Origin: Eledone cirrhosa
Taxonomy: Eukaryota
Length of the DNA stretch: 64,000 nt
Reading direction: 5' to 3'
Assembly: GCA_964016885.1 (NCBI GenBank)
Contig: OZ024740.1
Location: 379,192,001-379,256,000, forward strand
The translations under genes were made by a program, and so were the position numbers. The notes beneath the pieces are model-generated. The model was not told the DNA's origin. It saw only the letters and a program-made list of their open reading frames with translations, and did no database searches. Of this stretch, positions 12,645 through 26,216 are shown piece by piece (the first letter of the stretch is position 1; each line of letters begins with the position of its first letter).

Positions 12645-13979
12645 TATCAGTAAAAGAAAACTGGAAAAGGTACTCGGATGACTGCTTCATATTGTGGAGG
12701 GAGTATCTTGACCAACTAAAGAAATGTCAAACCTTCATCAATGGTATAAACCAGAATATTCAATTCAATTGGAAACTGACATATATTTCAAACCTACTGA
12801 CTCCTGACAATACCTCCTTTTTACATCTTCTCATCTATAACACATACGTACCAACATCACTTTTAACTTAGCCAAGTAAATCTGTATAATAGTCTCAAAC
12901 TCAACTATCAGAGACCATGATTAGAATAGATGAAACAAATACTTATCAAGAGAAAATATCCTCATAATTTAATCAGCAATAGTATCCAAAAAGCAAGTCA
13001 AATCAATATCCAATCATTCCGAGAAACCAAATCAAAACAAGAAAAAAAGGTCATACCATACATTTCAATTGTCAAATCGAAGAACATAGAGATGTACACA
13101 CACATACAGCTAAACGTATCTATCTTACTAAAGGACAAGAAAATGAAAAACATTTTACAAAAACATCCAATCATAAAAAATAAACGACAAACGAAATCAC
13201 AAAAAAATAAAAAAGATACTAACAAATGTAAAACTGCAAATAGTTACTAAAGAACCTGAAGTAAAAAGGTGTAATTGACTTCACTGCGGAATATATAACT
13301 CTCTATTAGAGGGCAACGAGTTTAATTTAAAAAGGTCTTATCTTTGAAATTAGAAATGACATCTCTTGCAACTCAGAGAATCTAATATACATTATAACGT
13401 ATAAACGCGGCTAGGAATATCATATTGGACAAACAAGCGCTTCACTTCGAAGACGAATGTCAGTTCAACGTCAACAAACCAGGGACCCTCAAGCCAGAAA
13501 GATCCCCTTATAGCGCAGTGTACAGGACGAATTCTGCAAAATTCCGATGTCTTTCCGTTCTACCATTGAAATGAAAATTTCTCTCGGGAAAAAGTATTAA
13601 TAAGTAAAGATTTTTCATAAGTAAATTCCAACTGAAACTCGATTTTTTACACATGTAACTTTTTATTAAAAGAAGAAAAAAAGCCTGAATCACGTTCCGT
13701 GTTCTCGATATAAGCGACAAAGATAAAGCCAGATGAATCCCTTGTGTTCAACAAGTACACACTTGGGGAAAACATAAACGAAAAAGGTTTCGAAAGACTG
13801 TTACAAAATTCTTTTTGAAAAGGCTGTAAACACAGTTGAAACCGGTAAAAGTAAAGAAAAATATATAAATAATCACTAATTTACTTGGCACACGATTACA
13901 GAAACCTTCTAAATAACCAAAAGGACAGTCATTGCATTTTGAAAACCCTTCTTTCCTAATAACACGTAATTTAATTTCT

Positions 13980-13983
<4 letters not shown>
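12645..13983 (+). mobile_element. Penelope-like element remnant (RT-linker-GIY-YIG, possibly Neptune-like), 5'-truncated, between (TA)n tracts
   Basis: WKRYSDDCFILW (RT catalytic motif), TDIYFKPTDS, KRKYPHNLI, CNSENLIYIITY...HIGQTSASLRRRMS (GIY-YIG); many stops and frameshifts; HHR at 13811. Confidence 0.85.
13811..13851 (+). ncRNA. Minimal type I hammerhead ribozyme motif, U3-A8 core variant
   Basis: CTTT-TTGAAAA-GGCTGT(AAAC)ACAGTT-GAAA-CCGG-TA-AAAG, in the 3' UTR of the PLE. Confidence 0.72.
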
Positions 13984-14056
<73 letters not shown>

Positions 14057-14137
14057 AGTTATTCCGGGTTGAATCGGAGGTAACCACAGTAAGTAAGGCA
14101 CTCAATACATAGCAGAGTAAAACGTTTTAATATAGAT

Positions 14138-14190
14138 GAGATTCTAGAGGGCTAGAATTGTTTCATTCTTTAGAAATCATCAGGAATCTC
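14138..14190 (-). ncRNA. Hammerhead-like motif with disrupted stem III
   Basis: Minus: GAGATTC-CTGATGA-T-TTCT(AA)AGAA-T-GAAA-CAATTCTAGCCCTC-TA-GAATCTC; perfect 7-bp stem I. Confidence 0.55.
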
Positions 14191-14206
14191 TATATATATC
14201 ATCAGG

Positions 14207-14267
<61 letters not shown>

Positions 14268-14322
14268 ATATATATATATATAAATAAATATACACGGGTG
14301 TGTATGATTGTGTATAGAAGAT

Positions 14323-14712
14323 TATATTAATAAAAGGAATTCCAACTTTGTCTGATTTACTCGTTTTATTCACAATCCTTTAAAATTTATAATGTTATTA
14401 GAATGAAATAGTATGGTAGAATATTAAATGTTAAGTGTTAATTGAACAAGTACTTTCATGATTTCGCAATCTTCAGGTTCATATTGTGTGGTGACAATCA
14501 AGTTTGCAATTTTCGACTGTGAAAATTGCAAACTTGACTGTCACCACACATTATGAACCTGAAGATTGCGAAATCATGAAAGTACTTGTTCAATTAACAT
14601 TTAACATTTAATATTCTACCATACTATTTCATTCTAATAACATTATAAATTTTAAAGGATTGTAAATAAAACGAGTAAATCAGACAAAGTTGGAATTCCT
14701 TTTATTAATATA
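14323..14712. repeat. Foldback palindrome with ~192-bp arms, each carrying an HHR-like motif (14443-14481 minus, 14554-14592 plus)
   Basis: Arms differ at a handful of positions; 6-nt spacer GACTGT; TGAAC-CTGAAGA-T-TG(CGAAAT)CA-T-GAAA-GTAC-TT-GTTCA. Confidence 0.92.
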
Positions 14713-14792
14713 TATATATATTCATGTATGAATTGCTATTATCTATGTGTTTACAGAATTACACACGCGCTCTCATATATCTCATATACACA

Positions 14793-14928
14793 CAAACACA
14801 AAAATAAAAATAAATATTTATTCATTGTAATTTGTTGGCAGTGACTTTGAAATTCACTTCGAAATGAATTTCAAAGTCACTCTCAACAAATTACAATGAA
14901 TAAATATTTATTTGTATTTGTGTGTTTG
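14793..14928. repeat. Foldback palindrome, ~66-bp arms centred on TTCGAA
   Basis: AAATAAATATTTATTCATTGTAATTTGTTG..AGTGACTTTGAAATTCA / TGAATTTCAAAGTCACT..CAACAAATTACAATGAATAAATATTTATTT. Confidence 0.9.
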
Positions 14929-15103
14929 CAGCATAGAGTTACTGACTTTTAAGTTCTGAGTTCAAATCCCGCCAAGGTTAGCTTTCCCTTTCATCCGTAC
15001 GGGTTCGGTAAAATAAAGTACCAGTAACGCTCTGGGTTCGATTTAATCGACTTTCCCCTCACTTTAAAATTGGTGGCCTTGTGCCTAAATCAGAAATCAT
15101 TAT
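14929..15103 (+). mobile_element. tRNA-derived SINE, 5'-truncated
   Basis: B box GAGTTCAAATCC plus conserved body and tail. Confidence 0.8.
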
Positions 15104-16299
15104 TTAGGTATAATAATATATATAGTGAAACAAAACAGCGTAAGCAAAATATACATTTAAAGACAAACGCAATTCTACTTATATTATAATTGTTAAATTC
15201 AATTATAATTGCTATTCCGTGGTTTCGGATGACAAAAGAAATTAATAAAATGTTTAATTAGCAAATTAAGACAAACCCTACTTATCAGTAAGCAATGACA
15301 AACCCTACTTATCAGTAAGCAAAGATATATTCAGCCTATACAAGAGAATTCAAATAAATTGACTTGTGTTGGTATCGACGCCAAGAAGATGACTAATGTT
15401 ACAGCATTGTAGTAATAAAAAAAAACACGTGTTTTTTTTTTTTTGCTTCAATCAACATTCAAAAGCTAGAGGTTGAGAAGAAAGCTAAAAATAGCTCACC
15501 AAATGCCTCAAAAAATTACAACTCAACCTAAATTAACTAATTGAGACAGCAGGAAAATATCACAAAATATAGATCGAAATAAATCATCTCAATTATGTTA
15601 TAGCAAAGAAAGCTCAGTGAACATTAAGGGCTACAATCCAAATTTTCAGAGCATCATTTACAAAATATTATTTAGGCATTTGTTCTGATATTTTTAGCTT
15701 TCCTCAGAATGTAGAAAATGACAGTTAGACAATACAGGTTTTATAAATGAAGATATATTCATGCGAATTTTGTTTAGGGATACTCATGTTGTTAATGTCA
15801 ATCACAAAGAAATAGCTAAGAATAACAGCAATAAATTATGGCTTCATTGGTGAGAATATTATCAGATATCCAACAATCTTCAATGTTCATTTAATCTCTG
15901 AGCATTAAAACCTCCATATATATATTTGTGTTTATAATCATTTTACAAGAAGTTGGCTCTAGCATCTATGGAATTTAAAATGGAATTTGGTTTCTGTCTT
16001 TTTATGGTGACTTATTTTTCGTATTTATAGTGCTTATTTAGTGTACTGATACATTTATGTGTATGTGTTTATATGTATTCGTGTGTTCATGTGAGTGTAT
16101 ATGTAATTCTGTATATATTTGTAGAAATGTATGTTTATAGATATATCTATATGCACATAGAGAATACCATGAACACACACACACTCACACACATAAATAT
16201 ATATATGATAATGTGTATAGCATATGTTGCAAGTGTGTATATGTGTACGTGTTTTTATTGATCTCGCTCTCCCTCTCTCTCTCTCTCTCTGAATCTCCC

Positions 16300-16387
<88 letters not shown>

Positions 16388-16403
16388 CACACACACGCGC
16401 ACG

Positions 16404-16503
<100 letters not shown>

Positions 16504-16932
16504 TATATATATATATATATATATTAGTTTATAACTTTGTTTTAATTTAGTAACACCTTTTCTATGAAAGGAATTTTTTTGAAAGGCATCCATTATCGAG
16601 TGTTTCCCAGATACTGTTAAGCCTTGGAGACATTATTAATTTCATAACACGGTTACACCTGTTGCATTAGAGACAATAAAGATTTTTATTCCCTATTTCA
16701 ATGTAATTAATCTATTTTCTGAAGTGCTTTAAAAGTTCCTCATGCTTCTTTCTTTTTGTTGCCTTTATTTATTAGTAATCAGCCGCAGCCATATGTATGC
16801 TTTAATTTATTAACTTATCTAAAATTCGTTCATTTATTTACTTATTTATATATTTTGTAACACATCACGTTCCTAAACAATTCTATCCATTCTGACGTTC
16901 ACGTTAAATATTATTATTATTATTATTATCAT

Positions 16933-17163
16933 TATTTCTTTCTTTATTAACCACAAGGGTTTACATAAAGTAGACATTAAGGACAGTACAGGACAATACA
17001 GGATGGTACAAATGGGCATTTCTGCGTGTAAAAAACAAAAACAAAGGATGTAACAAAAAAATAACAATGAAAAATTCCCCAATACGGGGGAGACTTCCGA
17101 GGGACATTCGTGGAGAAAGCCCATTAAAAAGCCACAGTGACCCTGACCACCAGGGCAAGTGCC
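16933..17163 (-). mobile_element. 3' UTR fragment of a second Tx1-like LINE family, in (TAA)n
   Basis: Minus end CCCTTGTGGTTAATAAAGAAA and internal GTCTCCCCGTATTGGGGAA resemble the 3' UTR of the Tx1 copies at 43255-43495 and 58051-58290. Confidence 0.6.
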
Positions 17164-17209
<46 letters not shown>

Positions 17210-20200
17210 GTTGTTATTACTCTTTGAGTCTCAGTCATTGATGTTAGTTAACTGGAAAGTTTGTTGAAATGAATATCAAGCCACTACCTGCAGCCTCAGA
17301 TATCCAGGACGTATCGGAGGGTTCTTGCTGTTCCCAGCAAGCATGCCTTTTGAAGCGTTCCAAAAAGCGTAAAGGGGCCAATTTTCTTTAACCATCCCTG
17401 GAAACTTTTTGAGATAGTCCCTAGTGCGCCTATGACAATCGGGATCACTTTGACTTCATGGCAGTTCCAAATCCTTTTTACCTCCCACTTTAAGTCCTGG
17501 TATCGGTTAATTTTCTCCCTCTCCTTCTCTTGCACTCTCGTGTCGAATGGACAGGCCACATCCACAATCAGGCACGATCTTTTTTCTTTGTCCACAACCA
17601 CCAGGTCAGGTCTATTGTGTTCCAGTATCTTGTCCGTCTGTATCCTAAAATCCCACAGCACCTTCACCTGATAGTTTTCTATCACCACCTCTGGCTTATG
17701 CTCATACCACTTCTCAGAATGTGGTAAATTGTTTACTTTGCATAGGTGCCAGTGGATCACCCTGCCCATCACATCATGTCTCCAGCCCTTATAGTGAGTC
17801 TGGGCTAGGTGTTTACACTCGGATACAATGTGAGCCACAGTCTCCTCTCTCTCTCTCCACAGATCCTGCACAGTGGGCTAGCCTCCTCCTTGTAAATATG
17901 GTGTTTCAACCAGTTCGTTTTGAGGGCCTGCTCCTGCGCAGCCATTAACATTCCTTCTGTAGCCTTTTTAAGGTCTCCTCTTTTCAACCACTTCCATGTC
18001 TGTGGATCTCTAAATTCAGTTTTCTCAAAGAAGGTACTATGAAGGGATTTTTCCTGTAGGCTGCTCTTTCTCCTTGATGTTATTTCTTCCTTGGACATCC
18101 CCTGGCCTATTGTCCCCTCCTTCAGTACAGTTCTGAGCATTGGCTCCTTACTATCAGTCACGTATTTGTGTAGGTTGTTTTTCTCCATCTGAACACAGTC
18201 CTCTATGCTGATAAGACCTCTTCCACTTTCAGATCTCCTTAAGTAGAGTCTATCGACATCACTCCTCTTGTGGAACATGTTGTAGATAATCAATAGCTTC
18301 CTAGTCTTCCTATCCATTTCTTTCTGTTCAGCAACATTCCATCTCAGAATTCCCGCACTGTACCTAATAATAGACACAGATCGGGAATTTACTGCACTTA
18401 TGGTATTCCTATTGTTCAGATGTGACTTTAATACGCTCCTTATTCTCCGGATGTATTCAGTTCTTATCAATGCCTTCATTTTTTTGTTCTTGATGTCATC
18501 AGCCTCCAGAACGCCCAAATACTTGTATCCTTCTTCAGAGTCAATTTCCTTTATCATCTCACCCGTTGGTACCTGGATTCCGTTACTTCTGCTCAACTTA
18601 CCCCTCTTCATCACAATGACTCCACACTTACTAAAACCAAATTGCATACATATATCATTGGTGAAAATACGGACAGTGTCAACAAGCACATCCAACTCCT
18701 TTTCACTCTTCCCGAAGAGCTTAAGATCGTCCATGAAGAGGAGGTGATTGATGGTAAGCCCTTCCTTTCCCAACCTGTATCCTGCTCTCACTTTTCGCAG
18801 TACACTGGTCAGGGGCATCAGGGCAAGGACAAACAACAGAGGGGACAGACTATCTCCCTGGAATATACCTCTCTTGATCTTCACGCTTCCCAAGGATTCT
18901 CCAGTTGATGTTAACTCTGTTTCCCAGGACTTCATACTTTTGCCCAACAACTGTCTGATGTTATCTGCCACCTTGAAGATCTCCAGGCTTTTGGTGATCC
19001 AAGAATGAGGCACCATGTCAAATGCCTTTTTGTAGTCTATCCATCCCATGGCAAGACCAGTGTGTCTCCTTTTGCAATTCCTCATTACCATCTTATCAAT
19101 AAGTAACTGGTCCTTTGTACCACGTGACTTCTTTCGGCATCCTTTCTGTTCGTCCGGTAACAAGTTGTTTGTGTGGAGGTGATGGTAGATTTCCTCAGAC
19201 ATAATGCTTGTCAACAGTTTCCACATTACGGACAGACATGTGATAGATCTATAGTTGGTAACATCATTACCCTGTATTCGGTCTTTCATTATCAGAACTG
19301 TGGTACCTTTTGTCAACCACTCTGGTACCTCACCTCACATCAAGCAGTCATTGAACAGGGTTGTCAGTTTCGGGTGGAGGGATGTTATATTTTTAATCCA
19401 ATACCCCTGCACACCATCTGGGCCTGGTGATTTCCAGTTGGTTAGTTTTTTGGCCTGCCCCTTAAGAGTTTCAACTGTGATACTCAAATCAGTTTGTTGG
19501 TGTGCCTGTTCACTAATCTCCTTCTGTACTGTCTCAATCCACACTGCCTGGTCATTATGTTTAACATCCTGCTCCCATATTCCTCTCCAGAATGTTTTAG
19601 TTTGTTCCGCCTCAGGGATCAAGTCGTTGCCTCTTTCTTTCCCTTCAAGCTGTCCAAACAGCATCTTCTAGTTGTTGTCGAACATGCGGTTCTGTCTATA
19701 CTGGCTGACTCTGTTCTCGTATCGCCTGATTTTTGCACTCTTTGCTACAATGCGTTGCTTCGGTTCCTCTATGATAATATTTAGCTTTTTCCTCCTAGTT
19801 TTGTACTTTATTTCCAGTCTATTTTTAGTGTCTATGTTTTTTAGTGTCCCATTCAGTAGGGACTCAAGCTTTCCAATGTCATTTCTCATTTCCCTGATTT
19901 GACCACTCAGTCGTTTCTTCCACCAAGGCTCTGCTCTTTCTTGTCTGTTGTTTCCTCTCGCTTTTATATCAAGTAGTTTCGTCACCGTATTTGCTGTTGC
20001 TTTGAGGATATAGTTGCACTGGTGAAGGCTCCTCGCCTCAAGGTATGGGATGACTTTGTTTACCTTAGCTGTTGTTTTTTTAAACTTTTTCCTGTCTACA
20101 AATCTTAGGTTCTCCCACTATCATTGTTCAATTCATCTACCACTAAGTTTAGGATATCAACCAAATCTTGTCCTAGCCCATCAGCGTTCATCTCCTCAGT

Positions 20201-20549
20201 GGCCGTATCTCTGTTCCAGGTATTATTTATCTCAGCATTCAGATCATTGTCTGCTTCGGGTGGTTCCTCCGTTCTCTCGACCTCTTCACCTTCATTTCCC
20301 ACTGGCTCGTTTGCCTGGCATACTCCACTCTCCATCTCCAAGCTAATCTCTCTGCTCAGTTCCTCCAGTTCTAGCTCGCTTATCCACCCATTAGTTCTTA
20401 TTACCCGAGCCTACCCGGCCAATTTTTGTTCATCTAATTTAAATAGACCAATCTCGTTCCAGATGTTATGCATCCGTTTCCTATAGCCTTTCTCCTTGGG
20501 GTTACTCTTCAGGTAACATTGCATAACAGTTCTATTCAATTATTTCGTC
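17164..20549 (-). mobile_element. R4/Dong-clade non-LTR retrotransposon, nearly full ORF but disrupted, (TAA)n tail
   Basis: N-term VMQCYLKSNPKEKGYRKRMHNIW; RT motifs [34 protein letters not shown]; [22 protein letters not shown]; RLE RPDLVVVD...EKEREKINRY; stops and frameshifts split the ORF. Confidence 0.95.
17805..19316 (-). pseudogene. Reverse transcriptase segment of the R4/Dong ORF (frameshifted to the RLE segment 17296-17871)
   Basis: 503-aa ORF containing the RT motifs listed above. Confidence 0.9.
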
Positions 20550-22186
20550 CATTATTATTATTATTATTATTGTTATTGTTATACCTTGAATCTCAGTCAT
20601 TGATGTTGGTTAACTGGAAAGTCCGTTGGATTGAATATCAAGCCACTACCTGCAGCCTCAGATATTCAGGACGTATCGGAGGGTTCTTGCTGTTCCAAGC
20701 AAGCATGCCTTTTGAAGCGTTCCAAAAAGCGTAAAGGGGCCGATTTTCTTCAACCATCCCTGGAAACCTTTGGAGATAGTCCCCAGTGCGCCTATGACAA
20801 TCGGGATCACTTTGACTTCATGGCAGTTCCAAATCCTTTTCACCTCCCACTTTAGGTCCTGGTATCGGTTAATTTTCTCCCTCTCCTTCTCTTGCACTCT
20901 CGTGTCGAACGGGCAGGCCACATCCACAATCAAGCACGATCTTTTTTCTTTGTCCACAACCACCAGGTCAGGTCTATTGTGTTCCAGTTTTTTGTCCGTC
21001 TGTATCCTAAAATCCCACAGCACCTTCACCTGACTGTTCTCCATCACCGCCTCTGGCCTATGCTCATACCATTTCTCAGAATGTGGTAGATTGTTTACTT
21101 TGCACAGGTGCCAGTGGATCACCCTGCCCATCACATCGTGTCTCCAGCCCTTATAGTGGGTCTGGGCTAGGTGTTTACACTCGGACACAATGTGAGCCAC
21201 AGTCTCCTCTCTCTCTCCACAGATCCTGCACAGTGGGCTAGCCTCCTCCTTGTAGATATGGTGCTTCAACCACTTCGTTTTGAGGGCCTGCTCCTGCGCA
21301 GCCATTAGCATTCCTTCTGTAGCCTTTTTGAGGTCTCCTCTTCTCAACCAGTTCCATGTCTGTGGATCTCTAAATTCAGTTTTCTCAAAGAAGGTACTAT
21401 GAAGGGATTTTTCCCTTAAGGCTGCTCTTCCTCCTTGATGTTATTTCCTCCTTGGACATCCCCTGGCCTACTGTCCCCTCCTTCAGTACAGTTCTGAGCA
21501 TTGGCTCCTTACTATAGGTCACGTATTTGTATAGGTTGTTTTTCTCCATCTGAACACAGTCCTCTATACTGATAAGACCTCTTCCACCCTCAGATCTCCT
21601 TAGGTAGAGTCTATCGACATCACTCCTCTTGTGGAACATGTTGTAGATAGTCAATAGCTTCCTAGTCTTCCTATCCATTTCTTTTTGTACAGCAACATTC
21701 CATCTCAGAATTCCCGCACTGTACCTAATAATAGACACAGCTCGGGAATTTACTGCGCTTATGGCATTTCTGCTGTTCAGATGTGACTTCAATACGCTCC
21801 TTACTCTCCGAATGTATTCAGTTCTTAACAATTCCTTCATTTTTTTGTTCTTTATGCCATCAGCCTCCAGAACGCCCAAATACTTGTATCCTTCCTCAGA
21901 GTCAATTTCCTTTATCATCTCACCTGTTGGTATCTGGATCCCGTTACTTCTGCTCAACCTACCCCTCTTCATCACAATGACTCCACATTTACCAATACCA
22001 AACTGCATACATATATCATTGGTGAAAATACGGACAGTGTCAACAAGCACATCCAACTCCTTCTCACTTTTCCCGAAGAGCTTAAGATCGTCCATGAAGA
22101 GGAGGTGATTGATGGTAAGCTCTCCCCTTCCCAACTTGTATCCTGCTCTCACTTTTCGCAGCATAATGGTCAAGGGCATCAGGGCA

Positions 22187-22225
<39 letters not shown>

Positions 22226-22226
22226 G
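20550..22226 (-). mobile_element. Second R4/Dong copy, 5'-truncated within RT, (TAA)n on both sides, head-to-tail with the first
   Basis: ORFs 21397-22179 and 20658-21347 closely match copy 1; (TTA)n at 20551-20580 and 22187-22226. Confidence 0.95.
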
Positions 22227-22419
22227 CTGCTTCTCTTATATTTTACTTTGATATTTTACACATTAAGGTTGTTTGATTGGCAGAATTGGTTGAGCGTCGG
22301 ATAAAATGGCATTGTATTTGTTCTGGTTTTATTTACATTCTCAGTTCACAACCGACCGAGTTTAACTTTATATTTCATCCTGGCGGGGTGGGTAAAATAA
22401 AGTACAATCAAGTCTAAAG

Positions 22420-22682
22420 ACTATAAGCCAGACGGCTCCTTTTGCCACTACTTGCCCCGATTTCATGGCGTGAAGGGACTGTCCCCTGAAAAGGACGCTA
22501 GTCCATCTCAGGGTTAAACCCCCAGCTATTTCTGGCACTCGTTTTCAGCTGAGTATACTGGAGCAATGTGAAATGAAGTGTTTTGTTCAAGAACACAACA
22601 TGCAACCCAGCCCAAGAATCGAACCCACGACATGATGATCGTAAGTCCAACACCATTACCACTAGGCCGCGTGCCTCCACTA
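22420..22682 (-). mobile_element. Second tRNA-derived SINE family (related copy at ~55500-55779, minus)
   Basis: Minus: GGCCTAGTGGTAA (A box), GGGTTCGATTC (B box), GTGTTCTTGAACAAAACACTTCATTTCACATTGCTCC core. Confidence 0.7.
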
Positions 22683-24196
22683 TCAAGTACTGAGGTCAAC
22701 TTATTCACCTTTCCCCTTTCCCAACATTTCCTTGTGCTTAAATAAAAAAAAATCATTATTTTTTTACACATTAGAAAAGAGAGTAGCATCTGTGATGGCA
22801 TCATGATTTAAATGCTGTATATTTTTTTAAATTTTCATTCAGTTCGATGGGTATGTATTCAGGTTAAAATCAGCCCTGCGGATTGATTTTCAAGGGTTTG
22901 AGTCCTTCACTTCTAAAAAGTTATCAACAAGGTAAAGTACACAATTGAGATAGTTAGTGTAAGAATTTCTATCAAGTTGCTCAACTTGCTAGAAATAGTA
23001 GCTAAAGTTCACTCAAACCACACTCTACTGTTTCAAAAATAGAACTCATTAGATAATGTAGTCTGAGATCGTAATGATTGAAAAAGACGAGATGAACGTG
23101 GTTTGTGTACCTTTGGTACGTTGCCTCAACCATATCTGTTTTTGAGCTATGCAACACCATTACGTCGAGCCAAAATGGTTATCTCAACGTGGTCACTTTC
23201 AAAATTTGCAACCAAATCTCTATCGAATCCCACCTTACCACATTAAGGCATGAATGTCGCATTCAATAATGACGTGTTTTTTCGGTGTTGTCTGAAAAAG
23301 ATTGAGATCGTCATAACTGAAATATATTTTATCATAGATATGCTGAAACAGTTCTCATAGATAAGAACAAAGATCATCGAGTCAAATATCTCTTTTGACA
23401 GGAATTTCAGGAGTTCAAAATAGTAACTTTTCGGAGCCTCCTTAGAAGCAACATTCTCAGATATAGTACACATTATCGGCAGCTTGGTGAAGTGTCACGC
23501 CCAGAAGCATTACTTACCACAAGTAGCACATTTGAGTGCTATAGCACAACGTCATTATTTTAGTTATTTTATCCTTCTCACATCCTTAAATATTTATTTC
23601 AAATATAAATCAGTATGAAAAGATTTCCCTCACTTAACTAATCTCGAATAGTTGATTATTAACGATCACTTATTCTCTGTTTGTTATCTATCGTTTTTTA
23701 CTACCTGTATCATTAAACCACATTCAATCTTTTGCCGGATTTCTATGGTTTTGTTTGCAATTAATTTAAGTATTGTGTGTTTCTGAAATAAATCTCATGA
23801 ATTTTCAATATCTAGATTTTTTTACAACCAAAAATAGATGTCTATGGACATACCTATTTTCTATAGCAATAGCTCCATCGTACATAGATTCATCTCAGTG
23901 AATATATATATAATCGCCAATAAGATGCGCAAGATTTTTTTCATGGCAACAGTTTGGTTTCTAAATAATACAAAATGGTGGATTTCTGTAATTAATTTTT
24001 GTATGAGTATGCAATTCAACTATCGGTTTTATAATAAAATGTAAATAATTGAGATACGAATAATGCAGTGATATGTTTTCTTTATGTTGTATGATATTTA
24101 AATGTGAAATGAAAACGTATATAATACTAACAACAACAACAGCAGCAGTAGCAACAAAAACAACAAAAACAACTAAAACAAGAACAATAACAACAA

Positions 24197-24535
24197 TAAT
24201 AATTGTTTCTACTTTTGGCACAAGGCCAGCAATTACCAAGTACATTACTGGTGCTTTATTTTATCGGATGAAAGGCAAAGTTGACCTCGCTGGGATTTGA
24301 ACTCAGAATAGAAAGGGCTGTAACTCTATGCGTCCGACCCTCTACCGATACTGCCAATTCTGATTTAGGCACAAGGCCAACAATTCTTTTTTGGAGGAAA
24401 TCAATTAAATCGACCCCAGTGCATTATTGGTTGTTTATTTTATAAACCCCGTAAAGGTTAAAGGCAAAGCTAACTTCGGCGGGATTTGAATTCAGAACAT
24501 AAAGGGCCGTAACTCTATGCTGCGAAGTATGTTTG
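24197..24535 (-). mobile_element. Two adjacent tRNA-derived SINE copies
   Basis: Consensus repeated at 24197-24358 and 24359-24535. Confidence 0.8.
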
Positions 24536-25234
24536 ACGTTCTACTCGATGAGAACGTAATTAACAAAGGGCTAAAATGCCTACCCTACATATTCAGCACA
24601 AAGAACTTGTGTATGCTTCCTTATTAGTTTATTTGAATTATCTGGTGCCCCCTTGAAATAAGATTCATTTGGTCGTATCTGCTTTTCTGAGCTTACTTAT
24701 ACGACATGATCCGCTTAGCTACTGCAGCAAAATAGCAGACCTAGCATTTTTTTTTTTCCCGTTTCATTGGTTCGCTGCAATTTTCTCTGTCTATATCGAC
24801 AGGTTGACTCTATTTCTCAATATTATTGCGTAATCACTAAAATTCCATTACACAAGCTATTTTTCTTTTGTTTTGTTTTTTTCAATTTTTATTTCTTTTG
24901 TTTATGCAGTTTTTCAGAATACTCTCTATACTAATAACTCACTGATATGTAAATATGTTTTGGTCTAAGAGATTCTTAAATTCTATTAGACAAGCTAATG
25001 TTGATGATGTTGCTCCAGGTCAGACATAAACACACCATTTTTAATTTGTTTTGCTATATCTAATGTATCTAGCTTTAAATTATCTAATGGCATCTCTTTT
25101 TGAGACGATAGCATGGGATTTTAAGAAGATTCCATTGTTACTTCTAGTAGGTTGAGTTACCCTATCGAGATTTCCTCATTATCTGAAGTAATTTATGTAG
25201 ATGTATCTATAAATAACCCTTAATAAAACAAAAT

Positions 25235-25335
<101 letters not shown>

Positions 25336-25395
25336 GTACATATATATGTATATATAAATACATATATATGTATATAAATACATATATACTTATAT

Positions 25396-26003
25396 GTCAG
25401 GTCACCACTTGGTGCTACTGGTAACATGTATCCCAGTACAACCTGTCTCATGGTTGGGTCGTTGGCGACTAAACTGGCAACCCCACCAAGGTTTCTTGGT
25501 GAGGAGGGTGACTTTGGACATCCTGCAGGACTAAAAACAAAACCTGTCAAAGGGCAAAGGAGCTCTTAAGAGTCAATGGCCATCCAAAATCACTGGGAGA
25601 GATGACCCCTTAGCTTGTGTCAAGGCAGAATTCTAGGAGAAGGAAAACTCTGATATAACACCTGCAACCCTGATGGTATCCAATGATGTTGACTTGTTCT
25701 TCTTTTTGGTAAATATCATCTTGGTTAAGAGAGTGGGACTGGCTTTGTGCAGTGCCTTTGCTCACTATAAAAGCTTCACGGCACAGGCATTGCTTTGTAT
25801 CTGGAGATCTCTCTGCACTTGTCGTCACATGGTACCAAAGGCAAAGCACTATGTGTCAATAATTGTCACAAGTGTAGTGTTTGTACCAGAGTTTTCAAGT
25901 CGCTGGCTGGACTAAAAAGTCACACTCGTTCAGCGCATCGGTAGGGGTTCTCCTACATGGATATAAAGTAGTGGCCGTACTCGAAAACGATTTGGCAGCC
26001 ACC
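25396..26003 (+). mobile_element. Bipartite RTE-derived non-autonomous retroposon, full length (~610 bp)
   Basis: 5' GTCAGGTCACC...; RTE-type 5' UTR motif CTAGGAGAAGGAAAACTCTGAT; 3' C2H2 finger remnant [25 protein letters not shown]; terminal stem-loop ACTCG-AAAA-CGA(G)T; no RT or EN. Confidence 0.8.
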
Positions 26004-26023
26004 ATATAGATACTTACACACAT

Positions 26024-26216
26024 GGTGAATTGGCAGTATCGGTAGAGGGTTGGACGCCATGCTTTCTAGCATAGTTACGTCCCTTTACAGTATGAGTTCA
26101 AATCCCGTCGAGATTAACTTTGCGTTTCATCCTTACGGGGTCGATAAAATAAAGTACCAGTAATGTACTGGGTAATTGCTGGCCTTGTGCCAAAAGTAGA
26201 AACAATTATTATTATT
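26024..26216 (+). mobile_element. tRNA-derived SINE
   Basis: A/B boxes and (ATT)n tail. Confidence 0.9.

Noticed and set aside
25396-25660. Possible HDV-like ribozyme at the RTE-derived 5' end (GGTCACC/GGCGACT as P1) or in the reverse strand
   Set aside because: Could not build P3/L3, P1.1 and the J1/4 GG in the required order; simple hairpins explain the pairing
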